From a virus, in IMG/VR virus record IMGVR_UViG_3300025645_000055, positions 9,386 to 73,385 of that record: DNA of 64,000 bases; one strand, written 5' to 3'. This document shows positions 15,128 to 24,538 of this stretch, piece after piece. The translations under genes were made by a program, and so were the position numbers. The notes beneath the pieces are model-generated. The model did not search any database and was not told the origin of the DNA. It saw only the letters and a program-made list of their open reading frames with translations. Position 1 is the first letter of the stretch. Every line of letters begins with the position of its first letter.

Positions 15128-16391
15128 AAACCCAACCATAGCAATAATAGGATTAGGATATGTTGGGCTACCACTTGCCGTTGCTTTTGCAAAAAAGTAT
15201 AAGGTGATTGGTTTTGATATTGATAATAAACGAGTATCACAATTACAAGAAGCATTTGATTCAACATTAGAGATGAGTTCACCAGAACTAATAGAGGTGT
15301 TACACCCAAATGGTTTAACTGTTACAACAGACCCATATGTCCTTGGTAAAGCAGATGTTTTTATCATTGCAGTTCCAACACCAACAAATCATAATAATGA
15401 GTCTGTATTAACACCACTTATTAAGGCATGTGAGAATGTTGCATGTGTACTTGAAAAAAATAAGGTTGTGATTATAGAATCAACTGTATACCCAGGTGTT
15501 ACAGAAGATATTCTAGTTCCAATACTTGAAAAAGAATCTGGTCTTAAATTCAATGAAGATTTCTTCGTTGGTTATTCACCAGAAAGAATCAACCCAGGTG
15601 ATAAGAAACACACAGTTACAAAGATACTTAAGGTTACATCTGGTTCAACACCAGAGTCTGCCAAATACATAGATGAACTATATGCATCAATCATTACGGC
15701 TGGTACATACTTAGCACCATCTATTAAAGTGGCAGAAGCAGCGAAGGTAATTGAGAACACCCAAAGAGACATTAACATAGCATTTATGAATGAATTGGCT
15801 AAGATATTTAGTCTATTGGATATTGATACTAAAGAGGTGTTGGATGCTGCTGCAACCAAGTGGAATTTCTTAAAATTTACACCAGGTCTTGTTGGTGGTC
15901 ATTGTATTGGGGTTGACCCATATTACTTGGCTCAAAAAGCAAGGGCAGAGGGTTATAACCCAGAGTTAATATTAGCAGCTCGTAGACTTAACGATGGTAT
16001 GGGTGCTTATGTTGGTAGAGAAGTCATCAAGTTGATGATTAAACACAATAAACAAATAAATGGTGGTAATGTATTGGTTTTGGGAATTACTTTTAAAGAG
16101 AATTGTCCAGACATTAGAAATACCAAGGTGGTTGATATTGTTTCAGAGTTAGAGAAATTCTACGTTAATGTAGATGTATATGACCCTTGGGCAAATCATG
16201 ATGAGGTTGAAGATGTGTTTGGTATAGATTTACTACATGTAGAAGACTTAAATATAAAAAAATATGATGGTATAGTATTAGCCGTTGGACATGATGAGTT
16301 TAAAACAATTATAAATATTAATAACTTTGATGGTGTGGTATATGATGTTAAGTCGTTCCTACCAAAAGAAAATGTAAATGATAGATTATGA
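15120..16391 (+). CDS. UDP-N-acetylhexosamine 6-dehydrogenase (TviB/WbpO family)
   Basis: [35 protein letters not shown]. Confidence 0.95.
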   Translation: MIKNPTIAIIGLGYVGLPLAVAFAKKYKVIGFDIDNKRVSQLQEAFDSTLEMSSPELIEVLHPNGLTVTTDPYVLGKADVFIIAVPTPTNHNNESVLTPLIKACENVACVLEKNKVVIIESTVYPGVTEDILVPILEKESGLKFNEDFFVGYSPERINPGDKKHTVTKILKVTSGSTPESAKYIDELYASIITAGTYLAPSIKVAEAAKVIENTQRDINIAFMNELAKIFSLLDIDTKEVLDAAATKWNFLKFTPGLVGGHCIGVDPYYLAQKARAEGYNPELILAARRLNDGMGAYVGREVIKLMIKHNKQINGGNVLVLGITFKENCPDIRNTKVVDIVSELEKFYVNVDVYDPWANHDEVEDVFGIDLLHVEDLNIKKYDGIVLAVGHDEFKTIININNFDGVVYDVKSFLPKENVNDRL

Positions 16392-16585
16392 ATAAAGAAG
16401 AATTTGAAGAATGGGTTGTTGATGTGCACTGTGATTTATTTCACGTGATGCCAACATACATGGATGACGAACATGGTGTTAGGATAGACCAACTAAGGGT
16501 TTTAAGTGCTATTAACAAACACCCAAAGGTATTACAACATAAAACATTAAAACAACTACTCGAACAATTCGAGGTATTAAATTAA
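16388..16585 (+). CDS. Hypothetical protein
   Basis: Translationally coupled ORF. Confidence 0.6.
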   Translation: MNKEEFEEWVVDVHCDLFHVMPTYMDDEHGVRIDQLRVLSAINKHPKVLQHKTLKQLLEQFEVLN

Positions 16586-16590
16586 GAGAT

Positions 16591-16797
16591 ATGGATGAAT
16601 GGGAAAGCAGATTGTTTAAATACAATTACACTTCGTATTGTCAAGGTACGGCAGATAGAGGTGTTGGATATGCACTTTTAAATGTGCCAAGAAGTACTAC
16701 ATTTAATAACAATAGAAGTGTACTAATGAATAGTAGGCATAACGATAATCATGAGATTGATATTGAAAGTGTTGAGGATTTAACAATTCACTTCTAA
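16591..16797 (+). CDS. Hypothetical protein
   Basis: ORF in gene run. Confidence 0.6.
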   Translation: MDEWESRLFKYNYTSYCQGTADRGVGYALLNVPRSTTFNNNRSVLMNSRHNDNHEIDIESVEDLTIHF

Positions 16798-16835
16798 TAT
16801 TTGGTTATTAAAAATAATTATTATATATTTGTAAA

Positions 16836-17258
16836 ATGAAATTACTTAAAGAATTTAAAGACTTTGCCATTAAGGGTAATATGATGGATATGGCAATCGG
16901 TATCATTATCGGTGCATCATTTAATGGTATCATCAATATCTTGGTTAAGAAAATAATTCTACCACCAATTGCTTATATATCTAACGGTATCAATTTAAAA
17001 GATAAACGTATGGTATTACAAGAAGCCACTGGTGATACTACAGAAATAGTAGTTGAATATGGTGAACTAATAGAAGCCTTTATAGACTTCTTTATTATTG
17101 GTCTGGTATTGTTTATAGTTGTTAAGATTATGAACAAATGGATGGACAGAGCACAAGACCCAAGAGATATTACCGTTAAAACACCTAAAAATATTCAACT
17201 ATTAAGTGATATTTCAGATTTACTTGAAAAACAAAATGAATTATTAAAAAACAAATAA
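16836..17258 (+). CDS. mscL: Large-conductance mechanosensitive channel
   Basis: KEFKDFAIKGNMMDMAIGIIIGASF, YGELIEAFIDF, LLSDISDLL. Confidence 0.95.
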   Translation: MKLLKEFKDFAIKGNMMDMAIGIIIGASFNGIINILVKKIILPPIAYISNGINLKDKRMVLQEATGDTTEIVVEYGELIEAFIDFFIIGLVLFIVVKIMNKWMDRAQDPRDITVKTPKNIQLLSDISDLLEKQNELLKNK

Positions 17259-17263
17259 ATATT

Positions 17264-18208
17264 ATGGGAAGCTTCTATTCAACATGTTCGATATCGGATA
17301 TGACATTAACAAATCAAAAAACAAGTATTCAATTACTAGTACCAACCTTTTCTAAAGATTTTTCAGAACATAAGGGTATGATAGTATCTAACGATGGGGC
17401 AATGTGTTTCTTTGCACCATTTGGGTTTCCAATCCATGGTAGATATTATGACTATGGGCAAATTGAAGATATAGAAAGAGATGCAAACGTTGAAATGCTT
17501 GAGGATTTCTTCAACCTATCAATAGAACAAATACTAGAGAATGTTGGTGATGACCGTTGGCATAAATATGGTGAAAAAAGAGATGGTGATTCAACTGATA
17601 ACCACTGGAAAATCACTGGTAAAGATGGTGGTGCTGTTAAGAATCAAGATGTGTTCCTTGAATTGGGGATGACATATTTTAGAACTGAGGTTTTAGAATA
17701 CCTAGAAGAAGGTTGGAAAGATTTAATACCTGGGGCTAAAGAACATGGTCAATACACAATTGGTGGTAGAATAGGACAATACTTTGATGAATTAAAAAAA
17801 TTAAGAAAAGAAGATAAATCAATATTTGGTTCAAAATATGAATCAAAATATGGTACTAGTTTATATCTACCAAGTTTGATTGAAATTAGTATGTGGGATT
17901 TATTACCAATCACTCAAGAAACATCTGGTGATGAAATGCTTAAGCAAGTTACGTTCTTATACAATCTTGGATATCGTAAACTAGGTAAAATGTTATTACC
18001 ATCAGTTTATGGTTCACAACAAGACAATTGGTTTGAAACACTTAAGTTTAATAAATTCACCAATGATTTATTGGTTAAAGATATTAACGAATATAATAGT
18101 TGGATGATTGAAGATTATACCACTGATGGTGTTTTTGATAAAGAAGGTTTTATTGAAGACTATGGTGAAAAATATCTTGAACAAATAGAAATGATTCAAA
18201 ATGGGTAA
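17264..18208 (+). CDS. Hypothetical phage protein
   Basis: 314-aa ORF. Confidence 0.8.
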   Translation: MGSFYSTCSISDMTLTNQKTSIQLLVPTFSKDFSEHKGMIVSNDGAMCFFAPFGFPIHGRYYDYGQIEDIERDANVEMLEDFFNLSIEQILENVGDDRWHKYGEKRDGDSTDNHWKITGKDGGAVKNQDVFLELGMTYFRTEVLEYLEEGWKDLIPGAKEHGQYTIGGRIGQYFDELKKLRKEDKSIFGSKYESKYGTSLYLPSLIEISMWDLLPITQETSGDEMLKQVTFLYNLGYRKLGKMLLPSVYGSQQDNWFETLKFNKFTNDLLVKDINEYNSWMIEDYTTDGVFDKEGFIEDYGEKYLEQIEMIQNG

Positions 18209-18743
18209 AAAAGATGTAAGTAGATTTTTAAGTCTTGTATTAAGACATAAACCAGAGACGATTGGAATTACCCTAGATGAAAATGGGTGGGTAGATGTTG
18301 ATGTGTTATTATCTTCACTAAAATCTCATAATAGAGAAATTACTTTTGGTGAACTTAAAGAATCGGTCATCACCAATAATAAGCAACGATTTACCTTTAA
18401 CGATGATGAAACCCAAATTAGGGCTAATCAAGGACATAGTGTTGATGTTGATTTACAATTAAAACCTTCTAAACCACCAAGTAAATTATACCATGGGACT
18501 GTTGAGAAAGCAATTCAAGGTATAAAAGAGACTGGTTTAAAGAAAATGAATCGTCACGCACTACATTTAAGTGAAGATGTGGCTACGGCTACTAATGTGG
18601 GTTCTAGACGTGGTGATGCAATCATACTAGAAATTGATTCTGGTGCAATGGACATAGATGGATTTGAATTCTGTCAATCAAAAAATGGTGTGTGGCTTAT
18701 TGATATAGTACCACATAGATATATTAACTTTGAAAACTATTAA
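18201..18743 (+). CDS. kptA: RNA 2'-phosphotransferase (Tpt1/KptA)
   Basis: LSLVLRHKP, KQRF, IRANQGHS, LYHGT, HLS, NGVWL. Confidence 0.95.
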   Translation: MGKKDVSRFLSLVLRHKPETIGITLDENGWVDVDVLLSSLKSHNREITFGELKESVITNNKQRFTFNDDETQIRANQGHSVDVDLQLKPSKPPSKLYHGTVEKAIQGIKETGLKKMNRHALHLSEDVATATNVGSRRGDAIILEIDSGAMDIDGFEFCQSKNGVWLIDIVPHRYINFENY

Positions 18744-18746
18744 ATA

Positions 18747-18974
18747 ATGAAAGGACTTATTGATAGATATATGAGCAGTTACCTTAGATTGGTGGTACTC
18801 ATAGTTATTAGTATTATGGCTGGACTATCATTATTATTAAGCCCAGAAAACGTTAGCCATTTGGTTATTAGATTTGTTGGGGTTATATGGGTAATAGATG
18901 GTATTAATTATATTGGGTTGTATAAACTTAAACGACTTAAAGATAAATCAGATACAGAAGAATGGGTGAAATAG
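18747..18974 (+). CDS. Small membrane protein
   Basis: Two hydrophobic segments. Confidence 0.6.
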   Translation: MKGLIDRYMSSYLRLVVLIVISIMAGLSLLLSPENVSHLVIRFVGVIWVIDGINYIGLYKLKRLKDKSDTEEWVK

Positions 18975-19165
18975 ATAAAAAATTAGACGAACTAATAGAC
19001 TTAGTGGTAAAGGAAAAGGACTATAGTAGTGGGACTGTTCTTTATGCTCTAAAGGGTGCAAAGTGCATACCACATCACCATAGGGTGTTTGCTTTAGAGG
19101 TTTGTAGGTTGGTTAAAGATAAGATGAGACCAATGCTTGAAGCAGAAAAAGCATCATGGAACTAA
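18962..19165 (+). CDS. Hypothetical protein
   Basis: Overlapping gene run. Confidence 0.55.
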   Translation: MGEIDKKLDELIDLVVKEKDYSSGTVLYALKGAKCIPHHHRVFALEVCRLVKDKMRPMLEAEKASWN

Positions 19166-19416
19166 TGAAAAAATTAAGATATAATATTAAGAAGTGGTTT
19201 TTAAAGAGAAAATTAAAAAAGTTCTTTAAAAAACTTAATTGGTCACATGATGATATCATGGGGATGACTAGTCATTGTGGTTCATTAGATGATGCCACGA
19301 AACACCTTACATATAGATTATTACAAAAATTCTTATGTGATGAAAGGGAAGAGAAAATTTTACACATGACGGCTAAAGTATTGGTTAGAGATGGGTTTAT
19401 TAGGGGTTGGAAATAA
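19156..19416 (+). CDS. Hypothetical protein
   Basis: Overlapping gene run. Confidence 0.55.
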   Translation: MELMKKLRYNIKKWFLKRKLKKFFKKLNWSHDDIMGMTSHCGSLDDATKHLTYRLLQKFLCDEREEKILHMTAKVLVRDGFIRGWK

Positions 19417-19802
19417 TGTATAAAGTTAGATTCAATTTAGGTAGGGGTCCTCGGTATATGACCTGGAAGATAGAAAACCCAGATGGTACTGTAGAGTATT
19501 TAGAACCAAATGACATATCTTTATCAATGTATGGTTGTGAACTTAAAAACAACCCTAAAGCTGCTAAAAGAATATTTGATGGTGCAAACAAATATGTGTG
19601 TGCATTTATTAAGTGTAAAACGTTAATTATTAGTGAACCATTAACCGAAGACAAAGATATTAGTATGTCTTTAATGTATAACCCAAGGGTTAAACCTTAT
19701 TGGGTTAATAATAATGGTGATAACTTAGATGGTAAAAAGATTGATTGGGTGATAACCAATGGTCGTAAATTATGGTTTAAAAACCTTGACTATTTCAAAT
19801 AA
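19416..19802 (+). CDS. Hypothetical phage protein
   Basis: KVRFNLGRG..WKI, YNPRVKPYW; taatg coupling. Confidence 0.7.
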   Translation: MYKVRFNLGRGPRYMTWKIENPDGTVEYLEPNDISLSMYGCELKNNPKAAKRIFDGANKYVCAFIKCKTLIISEPLTEDKDISMSLMYNPRVKPYWVNNNGDNLDGKKIDWVITNGRKLWFKNLDYFK

Positions 19803-19820
19803 TGTTATTATATTGGTGCT

Positions 19821-20069
19821 ATGAAAAACAAAATATTTATAGACCTAGATAGTGAACGAGATGAAACCATCTTAATAACCAAACCAGAGAACATTGTTGA
19901 AGAAATATCTGATGAAGAATCTGCAAAGAAGATGATTCTTGAGGATATAACAACGGTATGTCAAGCATTGGGTACACTAATCAAAGTAGGTAACGACAGT
20001 GAGTATTTCGATGGTGAAAAATCTGCAAAGATTTGTATCAAATACTTAGAAGATAACTTTATAAAATAA
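19821..20069 (+). CDS. Hypothetical protein
   Basis: ORF in gene run. Confidence 0.65.
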   Translation: MKNKIFIDLDSERDETILITKPENIVEEISDEESAKKMILEDITTVCQALGTLIKVGNDSEYFDGEKSAKICIKYLEDNFIK

Positions 20070-20072
20070 AGG

Positions 20073-20342
20073 ATGATAAATTGTGAATTATGTAATAGAG
20101 AAAAAGAGCTAACCTCACATCATCTAATACCAAAACAAGTACACGCTAAGAGTTATACCATGGGTCTTTACACTAAAGAGGAAATGAGGTCTAATAGAGC
20201 AATGCTTTGTCGTTTATGTCATCGAGAGATACATAAGTTTTTCACCCATAAAGAATTAGCAACTATTTATTATACAGTAGAGTTGTTAAAAAATAATGAG
20301 ACCGTAAAGAAGTTCTTGGTCTGGGCTAGAAAACAAAAGTAA
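20073..20342 (+). CDS. Small HNH endonuclease-like protein
   Basis: CELC..TSHHLIP..LCRLCHREIH. Confidence 0.8.
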   Translation: MINCELCNREKELTSHHLIPKQVHAKSYTMGLYTKEEMRSNRAMLCRLCHREIHKFFTHKELATIYYTVELLKNNETVKKFLVWARKQK

Positions 20343-20344
20343 TT

Positions 20345-20908
20345 ATGAAACTAACCAAAATTTACAAAAAACTAATCACCGAAGCAAGTAATTCACATTC
20401 ATACGGATGTGTCATGCTTTATTTTGATGCTAAAGAACCATTGTTCAAACAAGCACAAAAAATAATAGAAAAAGATGACCTATACTTAGGTACTGAAGAT
20501 GACCCAGGTTATGGTTTAGAAACAGAACCACATGTTACTGTATTATATGGTATTCATGGTGATGTTCCAGATGAAGATGTTGAAGCTAAAATAGATAACT
20601 TCACCCAACCAGAAATAAACTTGAAGGATATATCAATATTTGATAATGCAGCCAAGGGGTTTGATGTGGTTAAATTTGATATCACCAATAAGGAACTGAA
20701 TAAGATGAATAAGGATGTATCTAAATTACCCCACACAACAGATTACCCAGATTATCATGCACATATTACAATTGCATATGTTAAAGCTGGTAAAGGTGAG
20801 AAATATGTTCAAACATTATCAGAGGATAAACAAATTAACATTAAACCCAATAAGATAGTCTACAGTAAACCAGATGATTCCAAAAAAACTTATGATTTTA
20901 ACGGATAA
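20345..20908 (+). CDS. 2H phosphoesterase, Acb1/T4 57B-like
   Basis: GCVMLY, EPHVTVLYG, HAHITIAYV (two HxT motifs). Confidence 0.8.
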   Translation: MKLTKIYKKLITEASNSHSYGCVMLYFDAKEPLFKQAQKIIEKDDLYLGTEDDPGYGLETEPHVTVLYGIHGDVPDEDVEAKIDNFTQPEINLKDISIFDNAAKGFDVVKFDITNKELNKMNKDVSKLPHTTDYPDYHAHITIAYVKAGKGEKYVQTLSEDKQINIKPNKIVYSKPDDSKKTYDFNG

Positions 20909-20945
20909 ATAACTAGGTTTGTTGATAGGTTTAATATTTATTAAT

Positions 20946-21704
20946 ATGACAACATTTAATATAATAATTTATTCAACACTACCAACATTCTTATATATAT
21001 TCTTTATATATTCGGTTTTACCATATAACACATTTAAGATAAGAAAGTCTTTATTGTACTGGGGTTTTGGTGCACTTTCTATTTTACTTGTCATGGGTTT
21101 TTATAAGTTATTCCCAAATTGGAGTAACCTACCAAGCATTCTTACTAATATGTATACCGATAAACTTGGTTATTTACACATTAGGAACTTCATACAGATA
21201 GGTTTATTAGAAGAATTGAGTAAGATGATTATGTTCTTATTGTTGGGTGTACTTGGAAGTAGGTTACCAATGTTTAAGGCGTTATCACCAATTGAAACTA
21301 TGCTTTATTGTGGTTTTCTAGCACTTGGATTTGCGGGTGTTGAAAACATATACTATGGTCAAAATGTTAATAACCCAGAATTTGTTTTAAAACTTCGTTC
21401 AATTACTTCAGTACCAGCTCATCTTATATTTGGGTTATATATGGGGTATTTTATAGCTAAGGGTAAATTAATTTTGCGTATTAAAAATAAATCATATATC
21501 GATTTATTACTAAGTAACAATAAATTTAGAAAGGTAATATTTGGATTATTTGGGTTGTTTGTTGCCATGGTTCTTCATGGTATTTATAACCTACACATAG
21601 CTTTAAACACCTATTCATTTATAAGTGGAACGTATATATTTTTATTTGCAGCCACATTTGGATTATATTGGTGTTACAACGACATCCGAAAAATAACTTC
21701 ATAA
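20946..21704 (+). CDS. PrsW-family intramembrane glutamic protease
   Basis: EELSK, GFAGVENIYY, PAH, LHGIYN; multiple TMs. Confidence 0.9.
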   Translation: MTTFNIIIYSTLPTFLYIFFIYSVLPYNTFKIRKSLLYWGFGALSILLVMGFYKLFPNWSNLPSILTNMYTDKLGYLHIRNFIQIGLLEELSKMIMFLLLGVLGSRLPMFKALSPIETMLYCGFLALGFAGVENIYYGQNVNNPEFVLKLRSITSVPAHLIFGLYMGYFIAKGKLILRIKNKSYIDLLLSNNKFRKVIFGLFGLFVAMVLHGIYNLHIALNTYSFISGTYIFLFAATFGLYWCYNDIRKITS

Positions 21705-21798
21705 TCCCTTGTTTTTATAGAAAATTAGAACTATATTTGTACTATAATAATATTTCAAACCATTGATTTATTATTAAAAAATAGTATATTAGTTACCT

Positions 21799-22197
21799 AT
21801 GGCAAAGAAAAGGGTAATTAAAAAGGTAACACCTAAGAAACCAGCACCTAAAAAAAAGACGGTGGTGACAAAAAAGGCAGTACCTAAGAAAAGGGTTACA
21901 AAGAAAACTGTAACTAAAAAAAATGTAGTGGCGAAGAAGGTTGTTATTAAAAAGAAAACAACATCTTCACGTAGACCAGTTAAGAAAACTAGTGTAACAG
22001 AAGCTAAACACGATAAAGTACCAGTTAAAACGGTTAAGAAACCTAAAAACGTTAAAAACTTTGTTAAGATTAGTACCACATCCAAACATAGTAAGTTTGT
22101 TGATGCTGGTAAAAGAGTTCAAGCTGGTGAGTTACAATGGTCAAGATATGTGGTAGAGGGTAATGTCTCATATCACTATTATTTAATATTAAAATAA
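21799..22197 (+). CDS. Lys-rich, histone H1-like basic protein
   Basis: KK-rich repeats across the N-terminal ~90 aa. Confidence 0.6.
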   Translation: MAKKRVIKKVTPKKPAPKKKTVVTKKAVPKKRVTKKTVTKKNVVAKKVVIKKKTTSSRRPVKKTSVTEAKHDKVPVKTVKKPKNVKNFVKISTTSKHSKFVDAGKRVQAGELQWSRYVVEGNVSYHYYLILK

Positions 22198-22203
22198 AAG
22201 ATA

Positions 22204-22587
22204 ATGACAATTTTTGAAAAAATGTGTGCGGATTTCTTAGCGGCTTATAAGGCCAAAGAAATGGAAAAGAAAGATTTTTTAGGTTTCCTTAAATCGGAAA
22301 TTCTTAGAGAGGGTAAACCCACAGATGATGCTTATGTGATTCTTAAACTTAAATCTATGTTTAATAAATTAGAGGATTCTGATTCAATCACTGAAATGGA
22401 GTTTAATGTGTTTCATTCATATATTCCAAAACAAATGAGTGAAGAAGAATTAACTGTTATTATTGGTTTAGTGGTTCAAGAATCGTTAAACGCAAATATG
22501 GGTACAATCATGAAACATTTGATTAAAACATACCCAGGTCAATATGATGGTAAAATGGCATCAATAATTGCTAAAAAATTATTATAA
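22204..22587 (+). CDS. GatB/YqeY domain protein
   Basis: AYKAKE..LKSEI, YIPKQMSEEEL, MGTIMK, DGKMAS. Confidence 0.85.
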   Translation: MTIFEKMCADFLAAYKAKEMEKKDFLGFLKSEILREGKPTDDAYVILKLKSMFNKLEDSDSITEMEFNVFHSYIPKQMSEEELTVIIGLVVQESLNANMGTIMKHLIKTYPGQYDGKMASIIAKKLL

Positions 22588-22589
22588 AA

Positions 22590-22785
22590 AATAAGTCAGA
22601 GAACGTATCGCACTACGGTGAGAAACCTCCAGACATCACAGTTTAAGGTAGGAGACGAAAGTCGATTGCACTACCGAGGATGCAACTCAAACAGACCGAG
22701 GGGATGAACTGCCCGTTGAGGTCGGGTTAGAGGCAAATAGGTAAATGATACGATAAAGCAGAATTTGGGGTAAGCTCAACTTATT
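22590..22785 (+). ncRNA. rnpB: Minimal RNase P RNA (catalytic domain only)
   Basis: P1 aataagt/acttatt; P2 cgtatc/gatacg; P3 cac-tacg-gtg; P4 GAGAAA-CC(U)CCAGA pairs with CAGAA-UUUGGGG-UA with the bulged U; P5 catc/gatg. Confidence 0.8.
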
Positions 22786-22803
22786 ATTAAAAAAAACAAT
22801 TAA

Positions 22804-23370
22804 ATGAATAGAGAAAAAATCTTTGATAACTTAGATAACTTACTTGCTAATAAGCATGGTAAGAATTTCATAAACCATCTAGTGATGGCTTATGTACCAG
22901 TGAATAAAGTTGATAAGGTTTTTATCAGACCACAGAAGGTTAAATTTAAATGTGCAATCATTGATGAACAATTAATATCTGTTAATGAAATACTTAAGGG
23001 TGTTACAGAAGATGCGTTTAAAGATGATGTATTCAAGTATCTTCACACAATGTTTGATACTAAAAGTGAACCAGAAACACCAATTAAGAAATTAATGGGT
23101 GATAAGAAGCTTGGTATCCAAGGTACTAAAACCGATACCTTTATGTCTATTGATGGTTATTTCCTTTTCTATGATTGGCTTTCAACTAAAATTATGTTGG
23201 GTGATAAACATATCACCTGGTTAATGAGAAAGGCTAAGGAAACCCTTACTGATAGCACTGGTAATAGGGTTAAAAAAGAGGTGGAGAAAAAAGAGGTTAG
23301 AGCAACCTTTGCCCTTGGTGACCTACCAGCACTACAAGCCCTTAAGGATAAATTAGATGGGAAAAAATAA
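22804..23370 (+). CDS. Hypothetical protein
   Basis: 188-aa ORF; C-terminal TFALGDLPALQALK. Confidence 0.75.
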   Translation: MNREKIFDNLDNLLANKHGKNFINHLVMAYVPVNKVDKVFIRPQKVKFKCAIIDEQLISVNEILKGVTEDAFKDDVFKYLHTMFDTKSEPETPIKKLMGDKKLGIQGTKTDTFMSIDGYFLFYDWLSTKIMLGDKHITWLMRKAKETLTDSTGNRVKKEVEKKEVRATFALGDLPALQALKDKLDGKK

Positions 23371-23553
23371 ACATGTTAAGAGTGGGTGGAATAAGGGTAA
23401 CTATTGTGGTTGCCACTATTGTACTGGTACTACTTATGAAGATTGGTTGGAGTTAAAACATAATCTAAAACCTAAACATAAAAATACTCTATAAATGTTT
23501 GCTTATTAAATATATTATACTTATCTTTGTCCTATAATTGTAAAACAATATAT

Positions 23554-24537
23554 ATGGATATTAAGAAAACAGTAAACCCAGAAGATTATAGTGTTGGTGT
23601 GATAGTTGCACGGTTTCAAACCCACGAATTACATGACCCACACAAAGAGATGATTGATATCGTCTGTGATAATCATAAAAAGGTACTTATTTTCCTTGGA
23701 ATATCTACAATTCCAAATACCAAAAGAAACCCATTAGATTTTGCCACTAGAATGGTGATGATACAAGAATATGCACCAAAAGCGGTGATTATACCAATTA
23801 AGGATAATCGTTCTAATTTAGTATGGAGTAAATATTTAGATTCACAAATATCATTAATATTTGGTGATGCTAATGTTAAACCATTACTATATGGTAGTAG
23901 AGATTCTTTTATCCCATTCTATGAGGGTAGATTTGATACTGCTGAATTAACAAGCGATGTTATGATTAGTGGTACTGAAATAAGAAATAACGTTTCCAAA
24001 GAAATCCTAATGTCTCAAGACTTCCGAGCTGGGGTTATACACGCAAATTACGCACAAAGAGCAGTATCATATCCAACGGTTGATGTTGTTGCATATAATG
24101 ATAAAGGTCAAATCTTAATGGCTAAGAAACCAAACGAAGACAAGTATAGATTTGTTGGTGGATTTGTTGACACAAGTGATAATAGACTTGAACATTCTGC
24201 TAGACGAGAGTTTATGGAAGAAACTGGTGGTAGTGGTGAAATAGGTGAATTAAAATATGTTTGTTCACAAGCCATTGATGATTGGAGATATAAGAAAGAA
24301 GACTCTGGTATTATGACCACACTCTTTATTGGTTATTTCAGATGGGGTTATGTAAGACCCTCAGATGATATTAGTGAACTTAAATGGATGGACTTCTCTA
24401 GATTCTTAGATATGGGTTATATTAAACATAATATGATGCCAGAACACGAAACCTTAATGATTACCCTTGTTAATAAAATTAAAGATGGTACATTAGGTAT
24501 TAAAACACTTGAAGAACAAAATACAGAAAAACTATAA
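23554..24537 (+). CDS. Bifunctional NMN adenylyltransferase / Nudix hydrolase (NadM-Nudix)
   Basis: VARFQTHELHDPH, RNPLDF, SGTEIR; Nudix box GGFVD..ARREFMEETG. Confidence 0.9.
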   Translation: MDIKKTVNPEDYSVGVIVARFQTHELHDPHKEMIDIVCDNHKKVLIFLGISTIPNTKRNPLDFATRMVMIQEYAPKAVIIPIKDNRSNLVWSKYLDSQISLIFGDANVKPLLYGSRDSFIPFYEGRFDTAELTSDVMISGTEIRNNVSKEILMSQDFRAGVIHANYAQRAVSYPTVDVVAYNDKGQILMAKKPNEDKYRFVGGFVDTSDNRLEHSARREFMEETGGSGEIGELKYVCSQAIDDWRYKKEDSGIMTTLFIGYFRWGYVRPSDDISELKWMDFSRFLDMGYIKHNMMPEHETLMITLVNKIKDGTLGIKTLEEQNTEKL

Positions 24538-24538
24538 T

